Virus record (IMG/VR): IMGVR_UViG_3300035688_000604
DNA length: 64,000 bases
Direction: 5' to 3' (one strand)
DNA from: a virus
Lineage: Duplodnaviria; Heunggongvirae; Uroviricota; Caudoviricetes
Positions 46,524-56,008 of this stretch are shown here, piece after piece. The first letter of the stretch is position 1, and every line of letters begins with the position of its first letter. The translations under genes and the position numbers were made by a program. The notes under the pieces were generated by a model, which had not been told where the DNA came from, did no database searches, and saw only the letters and a program-made list of their open reading frames with translations.

Positions 46524-46701
46524 TGTCTGCTTGTTCTGCAAAAAAACAAAGGATTGGAATAGCACTATTGTGCTGAAAACAAAAACCGCAAATGTAGAAG
46601 TCACTGTCTGTCCGAATTGTAGGATAACAAAAACAATTTTAGATATGAACAGAAAAATAACAAGACTTTTCTTTAAGAAATTCAAAAAAGAACATGATTA
46701 A
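46501..46701 (+). CDS. small Zn-ribbon protein
   Basis: CLFCKK...CPNC. Confidence 0.3.
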   Translation: MEEIKNVDVCLFCKKTKDWNSTIVLKTKTANVEVTVCPNCRITKTILDMNRKITRLFFKKFKKEHD

Positions 46702-48196
46702 AATGGATGATGATGTTACAAAAATCAAAGAGTCTGTCAACGATAGCCTTTCTAAATTAGATGAACTTATCGAAAAAATAAAAATCGAAAGAGAAGAGAT
46801 TAAAAAAACACTTGAAAATAAGATAGAACAACTTTTTATTGGGAAATACGACAAAGAAGAAATAGACGAGTTCCTTAAAGAACCTTATGTTATCATACCT
46901 AAAAGAGAGAACGAATTCTATGTCATTGCTCCAAGATGGATTGATTTTCAAATTGGATGGTTGGAAAGGCAGACTAAAAGTTACAATATTTTTATAGTAA
47001 ATCGTTATATTCAGTGGATAGCACAAGTCCCTGAAGTTTTAAAGCAAAAATTAAAGTTTCCTACACCCCTGCCATTGAAAATTGTAGATGGTGTGTTATT
47101 AACTGGAAAAGAGCATCAAGAAGATGCCATGCGAAAATACAAGAGTTATCTTGTTTCAAGAGTCGGTTCTGACAGAATAAAAATAAAAAAAGGTAATGAA
47201 TTCAAATTGATAGCACAGTTAATTGAAGATGGTATCCTTCCCTTCATACCGAGACCCATCCAAGAAGAAGATTTGCTTGAATGGTCTGGAATTGAATTAA
47301 GGAAATATCAAGAGGATGCATGGAAAGAATTTTTAGACAAAGGTGCTTGCGGGATTTATTGGTCATTTGGTGCAGGAAAATCTTTCTTTGGTGTCTATGT
47401 TTTAGCGAGATTGAAAGGTGAAAAAATTGTAGTAGTCCCTACTTTGACTTTGAAAGAGCAGTGGGAAGAAAGGATAAAAAAATATATACCAGAAAGGATG
47501 AATGAGATTGAGGTTGTGACTTATCACGCTTATGATAGAATCAGGAACAGAAACCTTACATTAATAATTTTTGATGAATGTCAGCATCTTCCTGCAAATA
47601 CCTTCATAAGGCTCGCTACTTTGAATGCAAAATATAGGTTAGGGTTTTCTGGCTCTCCGTTCAGAGAAGATAAAAGAGAGAATTATATATTTGCTTTGAC
47701 TGGTTTCCCAATCGGAATGTCATGGGATGAACTACTAAAAATGAAAGTGGTCAAGATGCCCATCTTCAAACTTTATCTTTTTATGAACAACCAAGAAAAA
47801 ATTAGAAAGATTGATGAACTATTGAAACTGCCTTTGAAAACTTTGATATTTTGTGATTCACTTGAATTCGGAGAAAGGATTTCAAAAGCGTTCAACATTC
47901 CTTTTATTTACGGTGCTACTACTGGAAGAATGGATATTTTAAGGGAATCCAATGTGAGTGTCATTTCAAGGGTCGGAGATGAAGGGATTTCTTTACCAGA
48001 ATTAGAGAGGGTGATAGAGGTCTCATTTTTATTCGGTTCAAGAGCACAAGAAAGTCAAAGGTTCGGGAGATTGATGCATTCACAAAAGGAAGAACCAGAA
48101 CATATAATCTTGGCGACTGAAGAAGAATTTGAAAAATATAATAAAAGGTTCTATGCCATCACAGAAAGAGGGGGAAGATTGGAAGTGATAAGATGA
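46694..48196 (+). CDS. XPB/Rad25-like superfamily 2 helicase
   Basis: Walker A SFGAGKSFFG, motif II IFDECQHL, motif VI QESQRFGRLMH. N-terminal domain ahead of the helicase core. Confidence 0.55.
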   Translation: MIKMDDDVTKIKESVNDSLSKLDELIEKIKIEREEIKKTLENKIEQLFIGKYDKEEIDEFLKEPYVIIPKRENEFYVIAPRWIDFQIGWLERQTKSYNIFIVNRYIQWIAQVPEVLKQKLKFPTPLPLKIVDGVLLTGKEHQEDAMRKYKSYLVSRVGSDRIKIKKGNEFKLIAQLIEDGILPFIPRPIQEEDLLEWSGIELRKYQEDAWKEFLDKGACGIYWSFGAGKSFFGVYVLARLKGEKIVVVPTLTLKEQWEERIKKYIPERMNEIEVVTYHAYDRIRNRNLTLIIFDECQHLPANTFIRLATLNAKYRLGFSGSPFREDKRENYIFALTGFPIGMSWDELLKMKVVKMPIFKLYLFMNNQEKIRKIDELLKLPLKTLIFCDSLEFGERISKAFNIPFIYGATTGRMDILRESNVSVISRVGDEGISLPELERVIEVSFLFGSRAQESQRFGRLMHSQKEEPEHIILATEEEFEKYNKRFYAITERGGRLEVIR

Positions 48197-48489
48197 AAGA
48201 AAAAAACATTTTCATCGAGACAACACCAGTTAAGATACTCATTATGGTGAACCAGCAACCCATGTTCTTAACTCACCTCTCGAAAAACCTTGATATGACA
48301 TTTTCAAACACCCACAAAATCATGAGAAGACTTGAATCTTACGGTTTTATCTGCACCGAAAAAAAAGGAAGAATGAGGATTATCATGCCTACAGAAAAGG
48401 GACAAGAAATAGGTGTTCTGCTTGATGAATGCTACCACAAAATTTCAAAATTGGAAAAAAAGATGTTAGAAAAAAATAAAAATAAGTAA
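48193..48489 (+). CDS. winged-helix transcription regulator
   Basis: HTH LTHLSKNLDMTFSNTHKIMRRLESYGFI followed by a wing. Start overlaps the helicase stop. Confidence 0.45.
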   Translation: MKEKNIFIETTPVKILIMVNQQPMFLTHLSKNLDMTFSNTHKIMRRLESYGFICTEKKGRMRIIMPTEKGQEIGVLLDECYHKISKLEKKMLEKNKNK

Positions 48490-48618
48490 ATCAATTATTT
48501 AGTATGAACACTATAGAAGAGTTCAATTCTGAAATCAAAAGGTTAAAAAGCATAAACTCTAAAAAAAGTCAAGTCCATGCCCTTGAGTTCTTCAGAGACA
48601 AATACAAAATCGCTTTCT

Positions 48619-48912
48619 CTACCAGCATTTACAATTATTGAGTTGTGTCTGTAAGTTTACTACTCGGCTATCTAAGTTATCGTATTCCCATTTACTTGGG
48701 ACTTCATACTGTAATTTGTTCTGTATTTGTGTTATCTGCCCCTGCATATTAGTCATCTCATACTTGCTCGGTGTATTTGAAGATAAATAACTCAAACTGC
48801 TTCCCTGCGAAAGTAATGTCAATATCATAAAGAACATTACTATCCCCATCAAAGTTATCGCTATATACAAGGCTTTCAGCCTTATTCTGCTTCCTTCATC
48901 TATTGTTGCCAT
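48619..48912 (-). CDS. small membrane protein with Q/N-rich tail
   Basis: 97 aa ORF. Confidence 0.35.
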   Translation of the reverse strand: MATIDEGSRIRLKALYIAITLMGIVMFFMILTLLSQGSSLSYLSSNTPSKYEMTNMQGQITQIQNKLQYEVPSKWEYDNLDSRVVNLQTQLNNCKCW

Positions 48913-48916
48913 TTTC

Positions 48917-49225
48917 TCACTTTATATTTATTATTATCCTCTTCACTGTCCTTGGTATCACTATTATACCATTCATTTTAGGTCTGCCTGCGTTGTTCTT
49001 CTTAACAATTGGCTGTTTCTTTTCTGCTGTATTGATTTTATTTTTGACTATTTTCTTCCCGTGATTTCTTTTAAAGAATCCCCATTTTCTCTTGTATATC
49101 GCAACCGTCTGAACACTTATACCGAGTTTTTTTGCAATTTCTTTGTCTTGTGTCGCTCTTCTTTCCAACAGTTTGTATAGTCTCTTTCTCAATAAACCAG
49201 TTACCTTTTTTGCTCTTTTTTGCAA
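48917..49225 (-). CDS. small HTH DNA-binding protein (TTG start)
   Basis: KEIAKKLGISVQTVAIYKRKW HTH. GGTGA Shine-Dalgarno upstream. Confidence 0.4.
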   Translation of the reverse strand: MQKRAKKVTGLLRKRLYKLLERRATQDKEIAKKLGISVQTVAIYKRKWGFFKRNHGKKIVKNKINTAEKKQPIVKKNNAGRPKMNGIIVIPRTVKRIIINIK

Positions 49226-49244
49226 CTTATCACCTTAAATAAGA

Positions 49245-49472
49245 TTAATCTTTTAAAGTTAAAAGTTTAATTTTTAATTTATTGATAGAAATTTTGTAAC
49301 TACCAGATAGAAAAGAAAACCAATTTATTTCTTAAATTTCAAAGTTCTCAAGGGAATAAGAGCGAAGTAAGTTAGATAAGTAGTGACATTACTCCATTAA
49401 CTACCTTCGCACCTCGATGACTTCCCCCTAATATTTACTTAATGGAATCCTATTTAAACTTTAAAAGATTAA
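49245..49472. mobile_element. candidate MITE-like element: 17-20 bp terminal inverted repeats (ATTAATCTTTTAAAGTT) flanking a ~190 bp GC-richer core
   Basis: 49245-49264 ATTAATCTTTTAAAGTTAAA and its reverse complement at 49456-49472. A third direct copy of the 20-mer lies at 41177-41196. Confidence 0.35.
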
Positions 49473-49766
49473 TGAAAATATATGACAAAGAAGGAAAAAA
49501 TAGATTTTTTAAAGTTTATGTTCAGGTTCATAATATGGGTCGTTATTTATATGTCCCTCAGCGTGCATTTTTACAATATCAATAGGGGATTCATAAGTGA
49601 TATATTTTTGTTCATAGCGATTTTTGCATTCTTCAGTTATACGATTACAAGAGGAGCATAACATGTTAGGTATGAATTTTTGTAAAATACATGGATGGAC
49701 TTACTTTCAGATTGAAAGTAGGGATGATTATTTTTGTTTGAAATGTGAAAAGGAGAGTGACTGTTA

Positions 49767-50069
49767 ATGGAAAGATATTTTATAACTGGTGTTCAGATTG
49801 GAATACTAAAAGCGGTAAAAAATTATCCAGATTCATTCAAGAAAATAGACGAAATATTGAAAGAAATCATAGACAAGCAGTTCATAGGAAATATGCTGAT
49901 GCCTTACGAAGACTACGAAATTGTTATCGTCAAGAAAAAGATTGGGAAGGAATTTAGTGAAAAATGTGATTGTGAGTTGAAACCAGAACATTTAAAGGGA
50001 GAGCATGATTTCTGCTGTCAACTATGTGGTGGAAGTCATACCGAAAGGATTTGCCCAGAAAAAAAATGA
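49767..50069 (+). CDS. small Cys-rich protein
   Basis: 100 aa. CDCELKPEHLKGEHDFCCQLCGGSHTERICPEKK. Confidence 0.3.
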   Translation: MERYFITGVQIGILKAVKNYPDSFKKIDEILKEIIDKQFIGNMLMPYEDYEIVIVKKKIGKEFSEKCDCELKPEHLKGEHDFCCQLCGGSHTERICPEKK

Positions 50070-50076
50070 TGATTAA

Positions 50077-51816
50077 ATGATTGAAGATTCTATGCTGTTT
50101 TGGTATCCAAAAATAAAGATTTTAGATATTCCTCAACCTAAGACGGAAATATACGAGATACCAAAGAATATTCTTGAAAATCTTTGTGAAGAAAACATGC
50201 AGAATCTTGATATGAATGCAGTAAAGGAAGTTGCAAATAGAATCGGCTATCCGCTTTTTTTGAGGACTGACCTTGCTTCTGGAAAGTTTTTTTGGAAAAG
50301 AAGTTGTTTCGTTGAAAAGGAAGAAGATTTGAAACAGCATATATTTGAAGTTATTTCCTTTAACCAGTGTGCCGATATATGTGGTCTTCCTTTTGAGGCT
50401 CTGGTCTTTAGAGAATACATACCCATGAAGAATTTGTTCACTGCATTTTACGGTGAGATGCCAGTCAACCCCGAAATAAGATTCTTTGTAAAAGACGGGG
50501 AAGTAAAATGTTGGCATTGGTATTGGTGTTGCTGTAAAGATACAGAAGTCCTTACTGATAATGGGTTTAAAAAATTTAAAGATTTAATAAAAGAAAAGAT
50601 ATTCACTCTTAATCCAAAAACAAGAAAAATAGAATTATTACCTTTCAATAAAGTGATTAGTTATCATTATAAAGGAAAAATGATTCATATTTCTGACAAA
50701 ACATTCGATATGTTAGTAACGCCAGACCATAAACTACCAGTTTTTACTCAAAATAATAAAAAAATTAATTTAATTAAAGCAGAGGACTTGAAATATAATT
50801 ATAAAATCCCACGAACAGGCATCTGGAAGGGAAAGAAAAGAGAGCGGATAAAGATTGGTGATTTGACTTTTAGAACATCTGATTTTTTTGAATTTATGGG
50901 ATATTATATTTCAGAAGGTTCTATAGGGAAATCAATAACAAGCCCAAACATAATACTTTCTCAAATACCAAAAAAACAAAAGATAATTACTGATTGTTTG
51001 GAAAGGATGAAAATTGAACATAAAATATATGGTAAGAATATAACTATTTCAAAGATACAAACAAAGTATAGGGCTTTATATGATTATCTGTTGAAACTTG
51101 GTAAATCTTATGAAAAGTTCGTTCCTAAAGAACTCAAAGAATATTCCCCAGAATATTTAAAGAATTTTCTTAATGCTTATTGTTTTGGGGATGGATATAT
51201 AGACAATACTTCAAAATTTGATTCTATTATCAGATTATTTTCCACTTCTTCTTATAAATTAGCGAATGATTTATGTGAAATCATATTAAAAACTGGAAAG
51301 CGACCATCAATCTATCAAAAACATAAAAAATCTAAATTCTTTATTAAAAAATGGTATCGGACTAAACATCCTGTTTTTACTGTTGTTGAAGGAAATACAA
51401 AAAATTTCTGTTATGAGCACCCATCATCACGAAAAAACAAAAATAAAGTAAAGATAATTGATTATGATGATATGGTTTATTGTGTTTCTATGCCCCAAAA
51501 TCATATTATTTATATTAAAAGAAACGGCAAATGTTCTTGGACTGGAAATTGTGAAGAGGCGATAAAACAACCGTCTGTAAGCAATTGGAAAGAGATACTT
51601 GAAAATGAAAAGAAAAGTGTTTTTGGCAATGAAATATTATGGTTGACAGCAGATGCGAGAAAGGTATCGAAAGTTCTTGATGGTTATTGGTCTGTGGATT
51701 TTTGCAAGGCGAAGAATGATAAATGGATATTAATTGATTGTGCGATTGGAAAAAATTCATGGCATCCAGAAGATTGCAAGTATGCTAAATACAAAAAGAG
51801 AGGTGATTTAATTTAA
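50077..51816 (+). CDS. ATP-grasp-like enzyme interrupted by an intein with a LAGLIDADG-like motif
   Basis: Exteins: GYPLFLRTDLASGK..., EIRFFVKDGEVKCWHWYW | CEEAIKQPSV...WILIDCAIGKNSWHP. The insert begins CCKDTEVLTDNGF (intein block A) and contains LNAYCFGDGYID. Confidence 0.5.
   Translation: MIEDSMLFWYPKIKILDIPQPKTEIYEIPKNILENLCEENMQNLDMNAVKEVANRIGYPLFLRTDLASGKFFWKRSCFVEKEEDLKQHIFEVISFNQCADICGLPFEALVFREYIPMKNLFTAFYGEMPVNPEIRFFVKDGEVKCWHWYWCCCKDTEVLTDNGFKKFKDLIKEKIFTLNPKTRKIELLPFNKVISYHYKGKMIHISDKTFDMLVTPDHKLPVFTQNNKKINLIKAEDLKYNYKIPRTGIWKGKKRERIKIGDLTFRTSDFFEFMGYYISEGSIGKSITSPNIILSQIPKKQKIITDCLERMKIEHKIYGKNITISKIQTKYRALYDYLLKLGKSYEKFVPKELKEYSPEYLKNFLNAYCFGDGYIDNTSKFDSIIRLFSTSSYKLANDLCEIILKTGKRPSIYQKHKKSKFFIKKWYRTKHPVFTVVEGNTKNFCYEHPSSRKNKNKVKIIDYDDMVYCVSMPQNHIIYIKRNGKCSWTGNCEEAIKQPSVSNWKEILENEKKSVFGNEILWLTADARKVSKVLDGYWSVDFCKAKNDKWILIDCAIGKNSWHPEDCKYAKYKKRGDLI
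50530..51549 (+). mobile_element. intein (~340 aa) with LAGLIDADG-like endonuclease motif
   Basis: An N-terminal Cys followed by KDTEVL, LNAYCFGDGYID (LAGLIDADG-like), and a C-terminal ...NHIIYIKRNGKCSWTGN|C. Boundaries are approximate; the C-terminal splice motif is atypical (no canonical HN). Confidence 0.5.
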
Positions 51817-52100
51817 TGGTGACAACAGTGGTCTATAGTAAAAAGGTCTTCTTAAAAGTCATGAAAGAACTGTTAAAAGATGATGAATTTGTTGTTATAT
51901 CCAACATCATAGATGGGAGCATAAGTGCTGGAACAAAAAAGAAATATCTAAGAGTCTCTGTTGGGTTCAATCAATATTCGTTCATCCATCCAAATTCAAT
52001 CGTGGACGTAATGAATTCAAAAGTCTTTGGTTTAATCGTATGCAAGAAAGAACTTTTAGCAAAGGAACTGCAAAAAGAAGATGACGAGGTTAAGGAATGA
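51816..52100 (+). CDS. hypothetical protein
   Basis: 94 aa ORF with an ATGG overlap with the upstream stop. Confidence 0.35.
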   Translation: MVTTVVYSKKVFLKVMKELLKDDEFVVISNIIDGSISAGTKKKYLRVSVGFNQYSFIHPNSIVDVMNSKVFGLIVCKKELLAKELQKEDDEVKE

Positions 52101-52342
52101 TTGAGTTCCCATTCTTCAGATGTCTGCTCTGCAAAAAGATTAAAATTAAAAAGCAGTATGATGTCCTTCAATTCAGTAGGATAAGAGGCAAGAATTACGA
52201 AAGCAGGACTTGTGTGAAATGCAGACACAAGCACTTCAATATGTTCGAGCCAGAGAAGTTCGCAAAAATAATCAACGATGCCATGAAAGAAAAGTATGGC
52301 ATCGATTTTATGGAAGAGATGAAACTGACCACTTATGACTGA
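52097..52342 (+). CDS. Zn-ribbon protein
   Basis: CLLCKK...CVKCRHKH. Confidence 0.35.
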   Translation: MIEFPFFRCLLCKKIKIKKQYDVLQFSRIRGKNYESRTCVKCRHKHFNMFEPEKFAKIINDAMKEKYGIDFMEEMKLTTYD

Positions 52343-52466
52343 ATACAAATGCCCCGACTGCAAAATATCTTTGCGTAGGGTTCATATAATAGATGTGGAA
52401 GAGATAGTGATGATTTGTGTGAAATGTAAAAAATTGTATGAATTAAAATTGGTGAAGTGGAAATGA
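52335..52466 (+). CDS. tiny Zn-ribbon protein (43 aa)
   Basis: Manual translation gives MTEYKCPDCKISLRRVHIIDVEEIVMICVKCKKLYELKLVKWK. Confidence 0.3.
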   Translation: MTEYKCPDCKISLRRVHIIDVEEIVMICVKCKKLYELKLVKWK

Positions 52467-52834
52467 ACATCGCAGTCGTGGGCAACAGAAAAGGATGGTC
52501 ATATTGGGAAATAGAGAAGACACTGAAAAAATATTATGTTTACAAGAGTGATGTGATTGTAACAGGCGGTGCTGAAGGGGTTGACACTTTTGCTCAAGAG
52601 TTTGCAAAGAAGCATGGAAACAGAATAATGATAATATATCCAGACCCTACAAAACCTTCTCCTCAAAGATACTATGAAAGGAACAAAAAAATTGCCCTCG
52701 AATGTGAGTTTATGTTCATCTTTAACAGGGACAACAATCCACGTTCTGGTTCTTTCAATGTGATGAATCAAGCAAAGAAATTAAAAAAAGAACTCATGCT
52801 TATCAAAGGTGATGAAAATTGGTTAAAGGGATAA
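52457..52834 (+). CDS. SLOG/DprA-like Rossmann-fold protein
   Basis: IVTGGAEGVDTFAQEFAKKHG matches the GGAxGxD motif of the DprA/LOG-like (SLOG) fold. Confidence 0.4.
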   Translation: MEMNIAVVGNRKGWSYWEIEKTLKKYYVYKSDVIVTGGAEGVDTFAQEFAKKHGNRIMIIYPDPTKPSPQRYYERNKKIALECEFMFIFNRDNNPRSGSFNVMNQAKKLKKELMLIKGDENWLKG

Positions 52835-52904
52835 AATGGATTGACTGAAAACAGAGAAAACTAATGTTTAAATGTTTAAAATTTAACCTTTTTATCGAGA
52901 GAAA

Positions 52905-54338
52905 ATGGAAACTATTCAGATTAGCACAACCCCAGAAGGGATATTTCATAAGATGAGAAAAAGTTACACTGACATATATGATGCTATTCGAGAAGATGTA
53001 GTCAATGCATTTGAAGAAAATGCGGAAATAATTGATATTAACATTGAAATAAAAAATGGTAGTTCTTATGTCACTGTTATTGGTGGGCAAAACCCCCTGA
53101 CACATGAAAAATTGAATATATGGTTTACTTCAACAAAACTGAATAGTTTTGATGTCGGGCAAATGGGGGAAGCCAGATGGGCAGTATTTGCTTTCGGTGT
53201 TAAAAAAAAGGTTTATGAACAACAAGACAAAAAATTCGTTCTTCATGATTTCAGTTGTGATTTGCCAGTTAAAACCGATTATAATGAAAAAGAGACAAGA
53301 ACTACTTACATTATTCCAGAAAAAATTGACATAGAAATGTTAAAAACAGAATTGGAAATGACTTTTGCATTGTTATTAAGAAATGAATATAACATCATGG
53401 TTAATGGGGAGAAATTGAATTGGAAAAGTATCCTTCCAACATGGAAACCCATTTGTGAAGACGAAGTTCTGATTTATAACAAACCATTTTTAGTCATAGG
53501 GTGGTATGTCCAGAACACAGATAAAGAAGCCGATTACTATTTTGATAGCCCATTCCCACAACCATTTTTGGGATTGAGGGGTGCTCTAAAAGGTATAACA
53601 ATTCAATATGAAAGAATGGGAATGACAGATAGAACAAATCATCTCTTCGGGTTTGTTGTTGATATAGAGGGAAGAGAATTCAGCCCACAAGTCAACAACC
53701 AGAAAACTGGTTTGATTTCAAGCCCAAGAATTAATCATATAATACATGAAGTGAGAAAACATCTTCGTAAATACAAGGAGTTCAATCCTAAACCATTAAC
53801 TACAAGTGAAACATTCAAAGAACTTCTTAAATTTCTTCCAAATGTTTTTATCTCACCAAGAAAATGTCCAAAGTGTGGTAGCACCAAATTAAAATCTGAT
53901 GGTAAGAGATATATCTGCCAAAAATGTGGTCATACTTTCTTTAAAAAATGGTCAAAAAAAAGAAAAGATTACAGTAAGAAAGGGATGAAAACAACCAACC
54001 CCCTTACGCAGGGTATTGAAGGAGAAGAAGGTTATTGGGAAAATGAAGGATTTTTAGTCCCTAATATAGACCCAAACAGACCGAATGTGTGGGGAATAAA
54101 CGTAAAAGCAAACGAAGAGGGTCATTATAAATATCCAAAACTAAAATATGAGTATGATAGATTCAGCAAGAACCAAACTGCTAATAACGCAAGGACGCTT
54201 ATTCCGATTTTAGTTAGAGTTAGATTGAAGAAAAAATTCATAGAAAAAAACGAGGAAACGCTCCGAGATGAATGGGTTCAACTCGACAATCTATTAGACA
54301 ATGCGTTAAAGGGAAAGATATTAGATGTGGAAACCTGA
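52905..54338 (+). CDS. hypothetical protein with central Zn-ribbon
   Basis: 477 aa. RKCPKCGSTKLKSDGKRYICQKCGHTF. Confidence 0.45.
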   Translation: METIQISTTPEGIFHKMRKSYTDIYDAIREDVVNAFEENAEIIDINIEIKNGSSYVTVIGGQNPLTHEKLNIWFTSTKLNSFDVGQMGEARWAVFAFGVKKKVYEQQDKKFVLHDFSCDLPVKTDYNEKETRTTYIIPEKIDIEMLKTELEMTFALLLRNEYNIMVNGEKLNWKSILPTWKPICEDEVLIYNKPFLVIGWYVQNTDKEADYYFDSPFPQPFLGLRGALKGITIQYERMGMTDRTNHLFGFVVDIEGREFSPQVNNQKTGLISSPRINHIIHEVRKHLRKYKEFNPKPLTTSETFKELLKFLPNVFISPRKCPKCGSTKLKSDGKRYICQKCGHTFFKKWSKKRKDYSKKGMKTTNPLTQGIEGEEGYWENEGFLVPNIDPNRPNVWGINVKANEEGHYKYPKLKYEYDRFSKNQTANNARTLIPILVRVRLKKKFIEKNEETLRDEWVQLDNLLDNALKGKILDVET

Positions 54339-55383
54339 GAATATCAAATGGAAATTCAAGGATGACTGTAGCGACAGGAGCAGGAACAAGTGGATTGCAT
54401 TTGCGACATTCACTCAGTATCAAAGGAGAAAGTTCTTAGAAAGAGAAGGACTTCAATACAAAGATGTTCCAAGATGTAAACTCTGTCATCACCCCTTCTT
54501 TAAATGTGTCTGTGAAGATGAAGGTTATCATAAAAAAATAAGACAAAGAAAAAAACTTCTGCATCTTCCCTTCGAGGAAAAACTTGAATATTCAAGGAAA
54601 ATTGTTGAGAAGACATTAAAAAAATTGAATGAAAAGAAAATCTATCTGGCATATTCTGGCGGGATAGATAGTGAATGCTGTGTTCAATTGTTTAAAGAAG
54701 CGATAATGGATGGTCGTGTTAAAGTTATTTTTGGGGCTACTCTTGTAGATTTTCCAGAGACAATAAAACGTGTGGATGAACTGGAAAAAGAACTTAAAAT
54801 AAAGATTATCAGAGCGATGCCAGAAAAGGGAATATCATTCAGATACATTGTGGAAAAATATGGTCTACCGCTTCATTCTCGTTCATCAAGCAATAAAAAG
54901 TTGAGGATTGCCACATCAAAATGTTGTGAGTTGTTGAAAAAAAGACCCATGAATAAGTTGACCAAAGATACTGATGCATTGATTATGGGTTTGAGAATCG
55001 AGGAGAATCAATACAGAATGATGCTTCTGTTCGATAAAGGTGCTTTTTTCTATTCAAAGGGTCATAAAAACTGGAGAATATATCCAGTCGCTTACTGGTC
55101 TATCGATGACATCTGGAAATTCCAAGAGAAGATGGGTTTCAACTACAATAAAATTTATGATAACACAAACTGCAACAAGAAGGGATTTTATCGGTTGTCA
55201 GATAAAAAATATTATCAAATAAGAACTGGGTGTTGGTCATGCCCACAGTCTATAAAAGGTGGTTATCTTGTCTGGCTTGAAAGATACTATCCAAACTTTT
55301 ATAAGGCATTAATGGTTAATTTTGGTCTGATAAAACATCACAATATGTCGTTGGAATTGTCTTTAAAATTAAAATCTGATTAA
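54325..55383 (+). CDS. PP-loop ATP pyrophosphatase (PAPS reductase-like family) with Cys-containing N-terminal extension
   Basis: KIYLAYSGGIDSECCV shows the SGGxDS PP-loop. Confidence 0.55.
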   Translation: MWKPENIKWKFKDDCSDRSRNKWIAFATFTQYQRRKFLEREGLQYKDVPRCKLCHHPFFKCVCEDEGYHKKIRQRKKLLHLPFEEKLEYSRKIVEKTLKKLNEKKIYLAYSGGIDSECCVQLFKEAIMDGRVKVIFGATLVDFPETIKRVDELEKELKIKIIRAMPEKGISFRYIVEKYGLPLHSRSSSNKKLRIATSKCCELLKKRPMNKLTKDTDALIMGLRIEENQYRMMLLFDKGAFFYSKGHKNWRIYPVAYWSIDDIWKFQEKMGFNYNKIYDNTNCNKKGFYRLSDKKYYQIRTGCWSCPQSIKGGYLVWLERYYPNFYKALMVNFGLIKHHNMSLELSLKLKSD

Positions 55384-55424
55384 CCAATCAAACAAATCAA
55401 TATCAATTCCTGAGAGAAAATAAT

Positions 55425-55580
55425 TATTTGAAGAGAGTATTTTCGAGCAGTGGGTATTATTTTGAAAGCACACCTAACAAAGCCTTATCCCGATAGTCAG
55501 GAAAATGGCTGTGTTGGATAAATAGTAGTCCCCCACTCTTTTGGGGTAACTGCGAACCCACTCGTAAAAAAACTCTCTTC
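55425..55580 (+). ncRNA. candidate structured non-coding RNA (strand uncertain)
   Basis: GC-richer intergenic segment. The distal complementary arms GAGAGT..CGAGCAGTGGGT and ACCCACTCG..ACTCTC enclose about 110 nt containing a CCCCA/TGGGG hairpin. No ORF. Confidence 0.25.
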
Positions 55581-55645
55581 AACCTTTAAATTTTTAACAT
55601 TTAATATATATTTTATGCACAGAAAGAGAACTATCTGTAAAACGT

Positions 55646-56008
55646 GTGATTATGGGGATTGTTCTTTTGCTACGATTTTTTGTAGAAAGAATGGGTATAC
55701 AATGTCTTGGATTGCTGGGAAGGGGTGCAAAGATTGGAAAGAGAGGTCTTAATATGATGAAAGTGAAATTGAATAGCACTGCACCGCATGCGTATCTTAC
55801 AAGGGCTGTTAACGGTGTTATTGATGTTTCTAATGGGAATGGTAATTTTCTCATAAAAAGTGGACATGCAACTTTGATTGAAAAATTCGTTATGAGTAAA
55901 AATGGAGCAGAACATTATTGTGGAAATAAAAGACCAGCAAGAAAAGTGTTTTGTCAACTAAAGAAAGGTCATACTGGCAGTCACAGAGCAGTTATATTTT
56001 GGGAGTGA
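55646..56008 (+). CDS. hypothetical protein
   Basis: 120 aa ORF. Confidence 0.3.
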   Translation: MIMGIVLLLRFFVERMGIQCLGLLGRGAKIGKRGLNMMKVKLNSTAPHAYLTRAVNGVIDVSNGNGNFLIKSGHATLIEKFVMSKNGAEHYCGNKRPARKVFCQLKKGHTGSHRAVIFWE

